Shown: piece by piece, positions 36,909-51,447 of the stretch
Position numbering within the stretch: position 1 is the stretch's first letter
How the letters are laid out: each line of letters opens with the position of its first letter
NCBI GenBank assembly: GCA_043228905.1
Contig: JBHGNT010000015.1
Coordinates: 6,758,001-6,822,000 of the forward strand
Source of the DNA: Azolla caroliniana
Taxonomy: Eukaryota; Plantae; Polypodiophyta
Direction of reading: 5' to 3'
Length of the DNA stretch: 64,000 bases
The notes under the pieces: model-generated
The model's input: only the letters and a program-made list of their open reading frames with translations
What the model was told of the DNA's origin: nothing
Database searches by the model: none
Translations under genes and position numbers: made by a program

Positions 36909-37050
36909 TTAGACAATCATCACATTTTGGGAATTTGATTTCATGGCACGGCTTAGAAGGTTTTGATACTCCACACTTTTGGCCCATGTATCGATCTCAC
37001 GAGCTCGTAATACTGGAAGGGGATGAGAAAGTTGTCGTGTTTGTGCATTT
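36909..37050 (-). CDS. PGM48: PGM48 exon 9 (last)
   Basis: NAQTRQLSHPLPVLRAREIDTWAKSVEYQNLLSRA..IV*; AG acceptor at 37052-37051. Confidence 0.9.
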
Positions 37051-40000
37051 CTGTTCACAATGCAATTTAGCATGCCCACTATTATTGACGAAATTAATAA
37101 AAATTACTATGATTATTGATTATTATATAGATATATATATATATTATAACCTATATTCTAAAATATGATAACTCGTTAACTTGCCACATGAGCATCTCAA
37201 TTATAAAAATCATTACATCCATGATGAACTACAACATGAAGAACACCAATAAATAAATACTCTGAAGGCCCAAAACTTCTAGCTTCAGTCACTCCATCAT
37301 ATCCCATTTTTGGCACTTTCCCCACATTCTTTTTCTAGTTACAATTTTTTTTGGAGTATGGAACTGATGACTCCAGGAGTTTGTCACTGCCTACTAAATT
37401 ATGGGGTCAGGTTCAAATGTTCACAATAACACTATCTTCTTTTCAAAACAATGTCATGTCCTATTTTGTGACATCCAACAAACACTTGAACTATAACCAT
37501 GATTCCTCATCAAGAAGGTTAAAAATGTCTAGGTCATAAACACTTGATCAACTGTTATATGAGACTGTTTTTAGTCACATTTATTCCTACATGTTAGTCT
37601 TCTAGGGTGTATGTACACATTTGCTACGTGGTAATTATGATGTTCTGCACACGTTCAAACTATGGTTACCTAATAATACCGAGAAGCTCAAATCCTAAAG
37701 ACACGCATGCTGATGTGTGGAATGACATGCAAAAACAAAATGTGTGCATAGCATACAGAAAATCACTCAGCAACAAAAAACTTTACCTAAGATACCATCC
37801 TAGAGGGCTGGACGATGCCTTGTCATATGAATGTGCTTGCTTAAGGAATGCCTCAACATTAAGTTGCTTCGCCAAAGATGGGCTTCCACCAGAAAGTTTC
37901 ATAAGCACTGAAACCACAACCTGATAATAATAACTTTGCTTTAGAATCAGATAAGAGTGTGCAACCAAACGCCCCCAACCTCAGTTGAATAATTGAAGTC
38001 AGCTAGCAAAATTAATTACAAAACAGTAAGAATTCACTGAAGAACTGTGACTTCAGTCACTTCTTATGTCTCTGGTGAATATGCTTGCATGTCAAATAAA
38101 ACTTCAAGATTCTCCATTTACAGCTGAACTTCAGTTTACTCTCTGCTCTCCCTTGTTAATAATGCAGGGGTTCATCAGCTTGTGTCTTGCTCTTCCATTT
38201 TCGTTTTGCCTATATATCTTCACTCTCTTCACGTTGCTTGGCTTCTCTATTATGAATGCTGCAAATTATAAAGATATTTAACCTCACTTAGAACCTATAC
38301 TACTGCTTTTTCACAATCAAGATCTGGTGCATAATATTAGGAGCGGTTGATGATTTGTTTGACTACAGCACAGGAAAGGTTTGAATAGATATTGGACTGA
38401 GCTAGAAACTGTTTAACGAAGAGTTTAGTGTTAAGGTCATCATGAAAATATGAACCCTAATTTCCAGCTTGTTTTGCTCAGTAATAAATTTGCCATTAAG
38501 TTGCAGTTATCTGTATATCATTTATAAATATTGCTAAAACAATCCCCCCACTAGAAACCCTCATTGATACTAATAATCTCTCAATCTACATCAGTGTATT
38601 TATCTTTCCAGGAGCCGATTAATATAATTTTACCACATGATGAGTGGTTTAAGATCTCTTGTCATGAAAAAAATGAAAACCAAAAAGAACTGACATCATC
38701 CTATCTTGAAATGTTTTTCCAAACTCTTTGTTGAGACCTAGACATGCCAAAACTTCGCACTGATATATATGATTGTTTGGAAACCGTGATCAGTACAATC
38801 CCCCAAACCCCCACAATCCATGGTCAATCAAATACATGTCACGATCATCAACCTTTGAGTACATGTCACAATTCTGAAACTCTTGTCAACATTTTACCAG
38901 AACCCAGATTCCACTATGTGGTTAAGCTGTCCTCCAAAAGGCCAATCCTACTGGCTCAAAGGAGTCACATAGTAACAGAGGTTGAGGTTGAAAGTGCATT
39001 TAGAGAACCACAAAAGCCAAGTGGAATAGAGATTATCTTTTTAATCACCCGAATAGTGTCTTATCATCTATGATACTAATTATAAGCACGAGTAACCATA
39101 ATCCTTATTGGAAATTTAAAACCATAGTAAACAAAATACACCTTTGAGTCCTGAGTGACAAGAAGTGCAGCTGTTGAGACCTAGACATGCCAAAACTTCG
39201 CACTGATATATATGATTGTTTGGAAACCGTGATCAGTACAATCCCCCAAACCCCCACAATCCATGGTCAATCGAATACATGTCACGATCATCAACCTTTG
39301 AGTACATGTCACAATTCTGAAACTCTTGTCAACATTTTACCAGAACCCAGATTCCACTATGTGGTTAAGCTGTCCTCCAAAAGGCCAATCCTACTGGCTC
39401 AAAGGAGTCACATAGTAACAGAGGTTGAGGTTGAAAGTGCATTTAGAGAACCACAAAAGCCAAGTGGAATAGAGATTATCTTTTTAATCACCCGAATAGT
39501 GTCTTATCATCTATGATACTAATTATAAGCACGAGTAACCATAATCCTTATTGGAAATTTAAAACCATAGTAAACAAAATACACCTTTGAGTCCTGAGTG
39601 ACAAGAAGTGCAGCTCGATCACAAGTTAGTTCAGCTGCCCTCAACCATCTCATGACCTGTTCCTCCAAAGTTTGCGCAATTATAACACCAAGTCCTGGAA
39701 ACCAAAAAAATGTAACTAAATTGCCAACTCTTAACAAGTCTTAATCTCTACCATATCAACAATGATTATTATATGTCAATAAACCTGGTAGCGAGTATGC
39801 TCCTAGAGCAAGAATGTTGGCAAAAGTTAACCATATTCCATGGTCACACTTCAAGTGACCTAGTTCATGTGCAATGACTGCCTGTCATTGCAAAAGATCC
39901 CTAACTTACTCAAAATACATTAAAATCATGCTTGTTTTTTAACTAGACTTATTAGTAAGATAGAGCCCAGACTTAATGCTAATAAATATACTATAGCAGA

Positions 40001-43000
40001 AATAACACAGAAAACAATGATCTCACTTGGATCTCCACAGGTGTTAGAAGCTCTACAAGTCCAGTGTGAAGAACTATAAAAGGCTTACGTCCATTCATCG
40101 CAAGCGTGTATGCATTGGGTGTTGGATTCTGTCGAATATATAAATCTGGAGCCTCTAAGTTTAAAATCTGGGCTGCCTCTGTAAGAAGATTATGCAAATC
40201 TGGAAGCTGTCAAACCCCAACACAAGACCTAATTCAATTTATTTCATTGTGCTCTACAAATTAAATTTTTGTATACAATAGACTGACTTCAATTTGAACT
40301 TGAAGTTTACCTGTTCCTCACTCACAAGTATAGAAGTTCCTATGTTTTCGAGCAACATGACTTGTTCTGTTACTGGACCTATTGTATAAAGCAATATTTT
40401 CAAGTTCAAGTACATTCTAAGTTTCACCACCTCATTAATTGAAGTTTGTCTCATCCAGGACTCTTGTTCAAAACAATGAATCAAATGAACAGAAGACAAC
40501 ACTATTATCTCATTCAAAACAGAAACCACATGAATAAAATCTAACATTACCCAAAAGAAGTTTTCCAAGCTCATTCAATCCTGGAATAGCTTTTAATAGC
40601 ATTGTGTTCTGTATACGCAAACATATAAATATCTTAGTGAAGTTGGATAAACCGTAAAAAACCCACAAAAAACCAGCTCGTGCAATTCAGATAGAATATA
40701 AATAAATGAGGCTTCCCAGCATGTTGTTACTATGAGATTGGTAAAATCTTGAGCATACTACACTAACTAATCACACTAATCATGGAGGGCCTAAAATAAG
40801 TTTCCAGAGTGCTTGTACATGAAAATAGTTATGTTTAAAGACATTTGCATTCTAAAACATTCGAAATAAATATATCCAGACCATTCATTAAACTATACAA
40901 AAGAAATCACAAAGCAAGACCTAATTCAAATTCTAGTGGCTCCTCAAAGTAATCTTCCTCTACAATACCCGAGGTTGATATCAACTGGCTTACAGAACAA
41001 AATCGTCCTCAAAAGAATCTCAATATTTTCCAATGTCACTAGGCTCCCAAGAGCCATTCACTTAAATCTGCTGTACATGATCACATCCAACTTATGAATA
41101 AGGAATTTTGATGGGTTCAAGTGCAATGAATTTTAATTTTTCTGCACATAATACAATGAAAAGCTAGGGAATTTTAATTTTTCTGCACATAATACAGACA
41201 TTTGGATTTTAAATGGTTGTAACCTACGACAGCATAGGACTCTTGAGATTGAGAAAACATGTCAGCCAGTGGAGTTTGACTTCATTTCTGCCACATTATC
41301 CCAGTTCAAATTCAATCAATACCTCCTTGGACTCGAGCATAGTTTGCTTAGTATCTGGAAATATGAACATATAGATCAGATCAAAACACACGAAGGTGAG
41401 GAACCGAGGGTCTGTGACCTGTAAATGCTTCTTCATAGGACAATGATTGATGATATAGACATTTGTGTGGACCACTTCAGCCAAAGATTTGTGAGGCAGA
41501 TTTGACTGAGACAGCAATGCTCAAGTAATTTATTTAACTGTCCGACTCTTCCTTTCTACCACTCCAATTTCTTGTTGAGAGTTGGGACAACTGATTTGCA
41601 ATACTTTTTTCCGAACAAAAGGTATGGAAGACACGTTGTCGTGAAGATTTCCGGCAACAGTGAGAAAATCTACCAAAAGCGGGAGAATTGGGCATGTGCA
41701 CATGTGCACACACAAAGGGATTTGTGTGCATGCACATTAGGAAAAGTAGGGAAAACAAAGTGTAAATAGAAAGGTAAATAGAAAGGCAAATAGGACATGA
41801 AAGGTAGAATATATTGTGTACTTTAAGTCACACGTAGGAAGGGATAATGATGGGTAGGTGCGGTAATCAGGGAGGAGATCGTGGCAGAGCTCTCTGACAA
41901 GAAAAAGGGTTTTCATAACTGTCACGTTGTAACGTTGATCCCATCCCCTTGAAAGCTATAAAAAGGATTGCCATCATGAGAGGAAAGTCTTCATTTGATG
42001 CTGAAGACGTGTTCCCTTCCTTACAGAACAGTAGAAATTTCTCTGTCTCTGTCTCTCCGTTTAGGGTTTAGGCTCTGTCTCTGTTTGCCCTGTGTGTTTT
42101 CTGCAATGTCTAATCCTCTATGTTTTCTACAATGCCTAATCCTTTGCGTTCTCTGCCAAATCTGATTCCCTGCATTTTCTACCAAATCTGTTCCTCTGTG
42201 TTTTCTGGCCAATAGAAATTCCTGGAATCTATATTGTTCCCTCTGCCCTCAGCATTTCATACCCTGTACCTGCTGTCCTAAGACAACATGGAGTCTGAAT
42301 AGACAGAAAATGGAAAGATGGATCTTAACACGCACGACGAGGGTCCAGATCCATGGAAGACCCCAAGAAGATACCATAGATGAAAAGGACGGGATGGAAG
42401 CACCCCGAATAGCGTTAGAAGGGTGCACAAGGCACCCAGAACGCAGGCCCCATTCGACATTCCATTTGATGTCGAAAATGGGAAACATGAGCTATTACGT
42501 CATTTGATTGCACAAGAGATCAATCTTATTAGAGAGGATATAGAAACAGCACTAAAAGAAAAAATGAAAAAAGAGATTGAGAAACAAAAAACATAGTTGT
42601 ATGCCTCTCTCAAGACTGAGTTATTAGAAGAGATGCGAAAAGACATAATAAACCATGTGAATAAATCACACTTAGAGCTCAAGGATGACATGACACAATA
42701 CCTTAAGGATGAAATATCCTCAAGGTTGAGTTAGGAGCTATAAAAGTGGATTTAGAAAAAGGACAGACATGGCCAAAGATGCCAAGGCTCAAGCTAAGCA
42801 CGCCCAAAACGAAATTAAAGCAAATGTTCCTTGGATAGAGGTAGTGAAAAAGCAAAAAGGAACATCCATGGATAGGAAGGCAATGATGAATGCTACATTA
42901 GAAGAAGAAACCAAGAGGAAAGCTCGTGCGTTGCATGTATGAATGGTTGGTTGGGCCGAAAAAGGAAGTCCACAAGAAGATGCCAAGAATCTCAGAACAA

Positions 43001-46000
43001 AGATTGGAGCATCAAATATTCCATTTGCTTTGGTGTGGAGGGTGGGAAGAGATGAGTCTAGAGCCAAAGCCCTTATCATCTGCTTCATGGATATTGACAA
43101 GAAAAAAGCTTTCCTCTCTAGAAGAAAGGCACTCAAGGGTGAAAAAATATACTTAGTTGACGATCTCACTCCAACCCAAGTAGCACACCGCAAAGAAAAC
43201 ATGCCACGAGTGCTTGATGCAAGAAAGGAAGGAAAATGGGCCGTATATAGAGATGGCAAAGACATTATTACAGAGAAGAGAACCACATGACGATATATGG
43301 CCTATGAGACCCTACGCATGACCATATGGAATTGCAACAGCTCTCTACGGACAGATGTCAGATATTTTGAAGATACATTGAAAAACACAGATATTGCTAT
43401 GTACACAGAGACTCACCAATGCATGGCTAGCAAACTCCCCGAGGTACAAGGATATAGGTAGGAGTCAATATGTCGCCCCCAACCTCGGACATGAGGAAGC
43501 ACTAGAGGTTCAGGACGAGTGGCTGTGCTATACAAAAAGGAGTTCCATGATAGAGTGCATGTTGTCCATAAGGATAAAATGCATGCTACATGTGGATACG
43601 AATAAAAAGAGGGGATCTTAGGGAGTTATATATTGTAATTTGCTACTTTCCACGTGCTTACTCAAGGTTTGCACCTCTAGGTGAATCACCATATCTACCT
43701 CTATATGATCTCATAAGATTTGCTACTATGGGGGACATTATACTATTAGGAGATTTTAATGCACAAACCAAGGATGAACAAACAACTATGTTTAACACCA
43801 ACGAGGCTGTTTATGGAGAAGTTATGGCAGAAGAGGTTGGTCTAAGTGACAAGCTCAAGATATGAGTGCTATAACTGAATATGGAACACACTTTCTAGCC
43901 TTGGGAAGTGCACATGGATTTGTGATATATAATGGCTTGTCACAATGGCATGGATCAGATGCTTTGACATGTTGGAACCCAAAAGGGGGTGCAAGCACAG
44001 TGGACTATCTAATGGGATCTCCATCCCTTATACCTGAAATAAAAGTGTTCACTATATCGGGTAGACCTATTGGCTTGGCAGCAGATCATGCATATCTACG
44101 TTTTGAGGTCAAGGATGGATGCACGAAGGATGTATATGCTTAGGAGAGTGCATAAGTTGTCATCCCCCTAATAATGAGCTCCACTATTGCTAAATTATAT
44201 AGCACTATTATGGAGCAAAAGATAAGCACATGGGCTGAAAGTATACACAAAAGATCACTTGGGCAAGCAAGATTTAGACCAAAACACTCCATTGTGGATC
44301 ATTTGGTCACATTGAGAGTAATCATGGAAGAGAGTCGACTACAAGGAAAAACACTATTGTTGTTTTGTTGATTTTAAGAAAGCTTTTGATGTCGTACCAC
44401 AAAGTGAGCTTTGGAATAGAATGGTAGAGATTGACATGCCATTAGAGTACCGAGTTGCTGTTGTTGTTGCACGTCTATATGAACAAGTTAAATGCCCATT
44501 AAAAATGGATAGCGGATTCTCAAAGCACTTTTTAAGTAACATGGGGGTCAAGCAAGGATGTCCACTATCACGCACACTCTTTGGCTTATGTATTGATAAA
44601 TTAGAAGAAATGGTGAATAAGGTTGCAAGAGAAGAAGGATTAAATGCCCCAAATTGATGCAACATGTTATCTTATTGCTTCTATATGTAGATGATGTTGT
44701 ACTCTTCTCATATGATGTTGATAGTATGCAAAATTCACTTGGAGTATTAGAAGAATTTTGCCATAGTAGTGGACTAGCAGTGAATGTGAAAAAAACAAAA
44801 ATTATGGTAGTGCAAACCATCCAACGCCATCATTACCCTATGCTCACATATAGAGGTGAACATATACAATTTGTTCAAAGCTTTAAATATCTTGGTATTG
44901 ATGTCCTTACACTACTTCGCACTCGATCTCACAAGTTAGATATTGAAGTTGCATCATGGTATCAAAATGTAACTAATTTGAAGACATGCAACGTATGCAA
45001 TGAAGGCATGGTAGAGGATGAAAGTCACTTGCTCTTCACATGCTCGACATATAGTGCAATTCGTTCAAGATATGTTGACATACTAAGGAGTGATAACTTA
45101 AGTGCCATACCTAAGACACCACCGAGAAGGTTGAGCTCATATGTGTATGCTTTATTCACACATAGAGACTTTGTTCTTCAATGTATGAATACCCCTTCTA
45201 AGGAAGGAGATACATATCAAGAACACATGTATACTCTGGTCCCATAGGTCAAATTTGGCCTCTTTATGGACGATAAAAATTCTAATTCTAATTTTTGTTT
45301 ATACACCCACTCTCACACACATGCACTATGCTTCTGAATACTCAACTCTACTAGAGTTAGATTCTTTACAGATATCTTCTCCGCAGATGCTAGGAGAGGG
45401 TCAAATGAAAAAGGAAAGAAGGAAAAACATAGGATCGAAGAGTTGGTTGCTAGGAGAAGCTCTTCGTTAGGGTAGGGATGGGAAGAAAGAATATAGGCTT
45501 ATGTGCCCTTTAAAAGAAATCAGGCTAAGGCGATTTATAGCCAATTTATAAAACATGGATAAGTGGCCTTTTGGCAGTCAAGTAATTGTTGGACCACCAA
45601 ACAGTTACAATCAAGTTTTCAATAAATGCTGGCGAAGAAAGGCATATTAGCTTCTTCAATTGATAATAAATGCTGGAGAGAAAATGCAGGTCGAACAGCT
45701 ACAGCATAACAGATAGAACTATATATGTTTATATAAACACGAACGTTACATCTACTTCACAGTGGTCTTACACTCTACCTGACCTGAGTTTCCTACTAGA
45801 GAAACAACCAGTTTGAGGATTATGTAATCTCACAAGTTAAGATTGATGAACTCTTAATACTTAATCTATTTGGCAAAAGCTGTAAAGCATATTGGCCCTT
45901 GACCTCAAGAAGAGTGTTTCTCTTTATGTTCATAGAAGGTTGGTTTTTGAAAATCCAGAATTTTATCTATGCGTGTTCTTTCTATATCTTTCCCAATCAA

Positions 46001-49000
46001 ATATATAGTTCCATCTAGAATACTTCTGTTGAAAGAACTTCATCTTTGTATGAAAAACCAGCGTGTAAGATTATTTTGGTTTCAATTGATTAGCCATGTT
46101 ATTTAAATCTACTTCTGGAATTAAATAAAATATATTTATTCTTTTCAAAATATTGAAACATTCAATGAGGCAAAAGTCATATGAAAATGTCAACACATCA
46201 ACCCAGTTTCCTAGTGTCATTGGTTGCTGCAAATGACAATTGGCATGCATTATCCAAAGGAGAAAGAAAACGAGCATTGTATTTGGACTGACCTGTCTGT
46301 CAAGAGGGTGGCTAAAATCATCAGCTTGGAGATCAGGTAGATTAATTGCTGCCTCCCAACGATGCAGAGATGACTTACGCCTACTTGACTTTGCAATATT
46401 AAAGTGACCCTGCATCCAAATTATCTCCCTCTCTGTTTTCTAAAAACATATAAATCTTGAATTATACATAAGACATATATAACCTTTCTAATGTTATGTA
46501 GTATGGTATCCAATCCAAGTAAATCATTCATGCAATAAAAGTTCCCCAAGTCCCAATCCACTTTCACCCCATGGTTTCCTCTTCTATTTTACATATTGTA
46601 GTCACTTACACTCTCATGGAAGAGGAGAAACTTACTTTTTGTTCACCCATTGACATGAGTTGTATGCCTCTTTTTCGATCCAACAGGACAATGAATGGCT
46701 ACTAAGGATGTTATATACTCTTCCTCTTCTCCCATACACCTAGTTTTATAATATCCCTTTTCCAATGTGGATGTCATATTTGGCTACTCAAAATGTTATA
46801 GTCTCCCCCTCACTTCACTCTCAATGTATGTCTAATCTATGCATCCTTCACGGTTTTTTCCAATGTCTGCCTAGTCAGAGTATACTCTGGTTATCTGAAA
46901 TGTCTGCCTAATCTCTGCGTCCTCTGCATTTTCTGTAATATCTGTGTTTGAGTAATCTGTCTTCTTTGCCTAATCTCTATCTGCAATGTTTGGGTAAACA
47001 GTCTTCTTTGCCTAATCTCTATCTTCCTGGTTTCTACATTGTTCCCTCTGCCACATGCATTCCTCTAACCATACCATGCACCTGCTGTCCTAACTACAGG
47101 AAACCATAGATTCTGAACGAACAGCAAATGAAGATATGGATTTCAACACCCATGAAGATGGTCCAAATCCAAGAAAGAACCCAAGAAGATACCATAGAAG
47201 TCCCTGACTAGAACCAAAAGGGTGCACAAGGCGCCGAAAATGCAGGTTCCATTCAATGTCGAAGAGGGGAAAACATGATCTATTACACAACAGATCAATC
47301 TTATCAAAGATGATTTAGAATGAGCATTAAGAGGAAATGAAAGAGGAGATAGAGAATAGAAAACTGAGTTGTATCCATCTCTCAAGACTGAGTTATTAGA
47401 AGAGATACGAGAAGACATCACAAGCCATGTCAAGAAATCATACTTCGAGCTCAAGGATGACATGACACAATACCTTAAGGATAAAATATCCTCAAATAAG
47501 GTTGAATTAGTTGCTATAAAAGTTAATTTTGAAAAAAGGACAAGAAGCAGTGGAAAAAACAGATTTCTACAATTAAAGCCAATGTAAGGATATGCAATCA
47601 TTGGCAAAGATGGCCAAAGATTCCAATGCTCAAGCTAAACATGCCAAAAAATAGATTTTTAAAAAATGCTCCTTGGATAGAGGTAGTGAAAAACCAAAAC
47701 GGAACATCAGTGGAAAAGATTAAAATGATGAACGCTACATTAGAAGAAGCCGCCAAGAGGAAAGTTCATGCATTACATGTACAAGTGGTTGGTTGCGCTA
47801 AAAAAGGATGCCCACAAGTAGATGCCAAGAATCTTGGAACAAAGATTGGGAAATCAGATATTCCATTTGCTTTCGCATGGAGGGTCGGAAGAGATGATTC
47901 TACAGCAAAAGCCCTATTCATTCCGCTTCATGGACATGGAAAAGAAAAAAGTTTTCATATCTAAAAGAACAGCACCAAGGGTGACGAATTATGTTTTGAT
48001 GACGATGTCACTCCAGCTCAAGTTTCACATAGCAAAGAAAACATGCCACGAGTGTTCAACGAAAGAAAGGAAGGAACATGGGCTGTATATAGATACGGTA
48101 AGGTCATTATTACAAAGAAGAGAACCGCATGAGGATGTGGCCTATGAGACCTTACGCATGACTATATGGAATTGCAACAGCTCTCTACAGACAGATGTCA
48201 AGCATTTTGAAGAAACCTTCGAGAGCAAAAATATTACCATGTATATAGAGACCCATCGATGCATGGCTAGTAAACTCCCCGATGTACAAGGATATAGATG
48301 GGAGTTAGTATATCGTCCCCAACCGCAGACACTAGGAAGCACTAGAGGCTTGGGAGGAGTGGCTGTGGTGTGCAAAAAGAAGCTCCATGATAGAGTGCAT
48401 GTTGTACATAAGGATGTACATGCGCATTATATGTGGATACAAATCAAAACAGGGGATCTTTGGGACTAAATATTGCAATTTGATACTTTCCACCTGCCTA
48501 TTCAAGGTTTGCACCTCTAGGTGAATCACCATATTTACCTATATATGATGATACCATAAGATTTGCTACCATGCAGGAAATAATATTAGGAGACTTCAAT
48601 GCACGAACTAAGGATGAATAAACAACTATGTTTGACACCAACAAGGTTGTTTGTGGAGAAGTTATGGTAGAAGAAGTTGGTCTAAAGCCACAAGCTCAAG
48701 ATATGAGTGGAGTAACATAAACACTTTCTAGCCTTGAGAAGTACACATGGATTTGTGATATATAATAGATTGTCATAGTGGCCTGGATCAGATTCTTTGA
48801 CATGTTGGAACCCAAAAGGAGGTGCAAGCATAGTCAATTTCCTAATGGGATCTCCATCTTTTATACCTAAAATAAGAGAGCTCATTATGTTTGTTAGACC
48901 TATTGGCTTGATAGGACATCATGCATATCTATGCTTTGAGGTGAAAGACGGATGCACAAGGGATGTATATGCTAAGAAAAGAGTGGGCTGGCTAAGTACC

Positions 49001-51408
49001 AATTTACCAGAGAGACAATTGATGTGTATTGTTGTAGAGTACATAATGGATTGTCACAATGGTCTGGATTTGATGCTTTGACATGTTGGAACCCAAAAGG
49101 AGGTGCAAGCACAATCGATTATCTAATGGGATCTCCATCTGTTATACCTAAAATAAGAGAGTTCATTATATCTGTTAACCTATTGGCTTCGCAGAAGATC
49201 ATGCATATCTATGCTTTGAGATGAAAGACGGATGCACAAGGGATGTATATGCTAAGAAGAAGACTGGGCTAGCTAAGTACCAATTTACCAGAGAGATAAT
49301 TGATGTGTATTGTTGTGGAGTATATAACGGCATGCTAGATTTGTATCTTTTAACATCCCTAGATGAAGTTACACAAGGACTATCAAAATCATCCCATAAA
49401 GCAGCTACAAATGCCATTTCCCACACAACGGGCAATGCCCCCAAACATGGTATCACAAGATGCTAGCCGCACAAAGTAACTCGAGGTATTTATACACATA
49501 AATAAGCAAGAGCAACCTTCCAATGCCTCATGAGGAAGAAGAAGAGATTGTATTTAGCGAAATTTGGAGCTCATTTGCAATGCTTGTTTCTAGGAAGAGA
49601 ATAAAAGAGCATGGAAAATGTTAAATGAGAGGCAACCTATCACACAACTAACCTCACTTCAGGTGTGGCATGAATATGCAAAGGTATTGTATGTATGATA
49701 TCCCAAGCAGCCTCCACTACCCATGCAAAGATTATACAACCATATCACAAAAGTCAAGAATATGCCGGATCATAGATCTCCCAAACAAGCTTGGCATATA
49801 GGATGCAATGTACAAAAAAGTAAGGCATACTAGCCATGCAAAGAGTATATAAGAGATGGGGTGTAAAAGATCTATTGGAGCCCTCGGGTGATGCTATGAT
49901 GTGATCATCGAGGAAAGATTACTAGAAGCACTAAGGATGAAGAGGCAAGATGCTAAAATGTCCAAATTGGAATATTACATTGCAAATATTAACCTCCCAC
50001 TATTGGCCCCAATACAAGGAAAAAAATGCCAAAATGTATCCAATCGCATCTCACTACTCCCATGAGCCTTGGCTCTTATGGAACCTTAACACTTCTTCGA
50101 ACTAGCTCACACAAGTTATGTGTTGAGGTAGCATAATGGAATCATCATGCAAACATGAAGGTATGCAAGGTATGAAATAAACACATAGTGGAGGACAAAA
50201 AACACTTATCACATGCTCAATGTATAAAGGTAATTCTAGAGAAATATGATGACTTGTTAGAAGAGCATGATAATGCGAGTGCCATACTCACATTTCCACC
50301 AAGAAGGGTGAGCACATATGTGCGTGCATTGTTTTCACATAGAGAGTTTTTACTACAGTATAGTAATACCCGTTCTTAGGAAGGAATCACATACAAGATG
50401 ATATGTCGATTTGGACCCATAGGTCAAATTGGACTCATCATGGATGATAAAATATCTATTCAATTCTATTCTAACTCAAGCCAAAACAAGCACTTTGCCA
50501 CCTAGAGCCTTTTGCAAATTATGTGAAGGAGAGATCCAACACAAGGAAAAGTTTGGACAAACCAAATTAGAGAGAAGTATGCCAACTTACAATAGTTTGG
50601 CAAAATCTTGCTCCAGCTTCAAAATCATACATCAACCTGAGGGAGGCAACGACAATTTTACATCATTGATTTCTTCCATAGCTCCTTACTTCCACTACCA
50701 ATGTGTTGAAGAGTCACCATAGATCCAAAAGAGGGATGTCAATGAAAACAGAGAGTATGGTACCCAGATATAAGCCACATGGCCCATACAATCATCAAAT
50801 CAGGGAGATCATTTCTTTCCATGTCCGGTTCATCATGGAGAACACCCAAATGCATTTGTTACACTTCATCATAGACTTGTTGCAACGTACCAACCAACCA
50901 TCGATACAAAGTCCAGTCACAACTACTGTCATACATATTAGTTATCGACTTCATGCTTGCAAACCATGTCCCCAATCATTCCACAATATGCATTGAGATC
51001 AAGATCATGGAGATTTCAGAAATGTGGACATTCTATTTTTGTTTCAGTATGGATGATATGAAGTCACACATATTTGTGATCATGATTTGTCTCATATACC
51101 GATTTTGACTCCCCCCCCCCCCTCTCTCTCTAGCAAGGAGACACGATCAAGAAAACTTGTCTATTTAGTTAGGTCCCATGGGTCAATATTGGCCTCTCTA
51201 TGGATGCTATAAAATATCTAATCTAATCTCCTCTCTCTCTCTCTCTCCCGTCCCAGATAATTTGGACTCATCCATATTTGTAACTTTGATTGGTCTCATA
51301 AGCCGATTTCAACCTCTAGTGACAGTTAAATTTCTTTCTTCCTTTTTCGCGACACCTAAACCATCTACGTAAACACGCATATATACACATGTATCCATTC
51401 ATCTATGC

Positions 51409-51447
<39 letters not shown>

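Noticed and set aside
38744-39516. Two identical 109-aa plus-strand ORFs as a duplicated gene
   Set aside because: They are antisense to PGM48 intron 7, show no recognisable motif, and are identical only because of the 443-bp duplication.
42058-42075. TTTAGGG telomere-like motif
   Set aside because: There is only one perfect unit. Such telo-box motifs are common in plant 5' regions and do not indicate an interstitial telomere.
41928-45750. TGTAACGTT...AACGTTACA as the ends of one LTR or element enclosing the LINE
   Set aside because: The flanks CACGT and TCTAC give no TSD. Bases 45297-45750 may be an LTR remnant, but I cannot support its boundaries.
50480-51100. Possible minus-strand LINE or other coding remnant in PGM48 intron 1
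   Set aside because: It is too decayed for me to identify a diagnostic motif.
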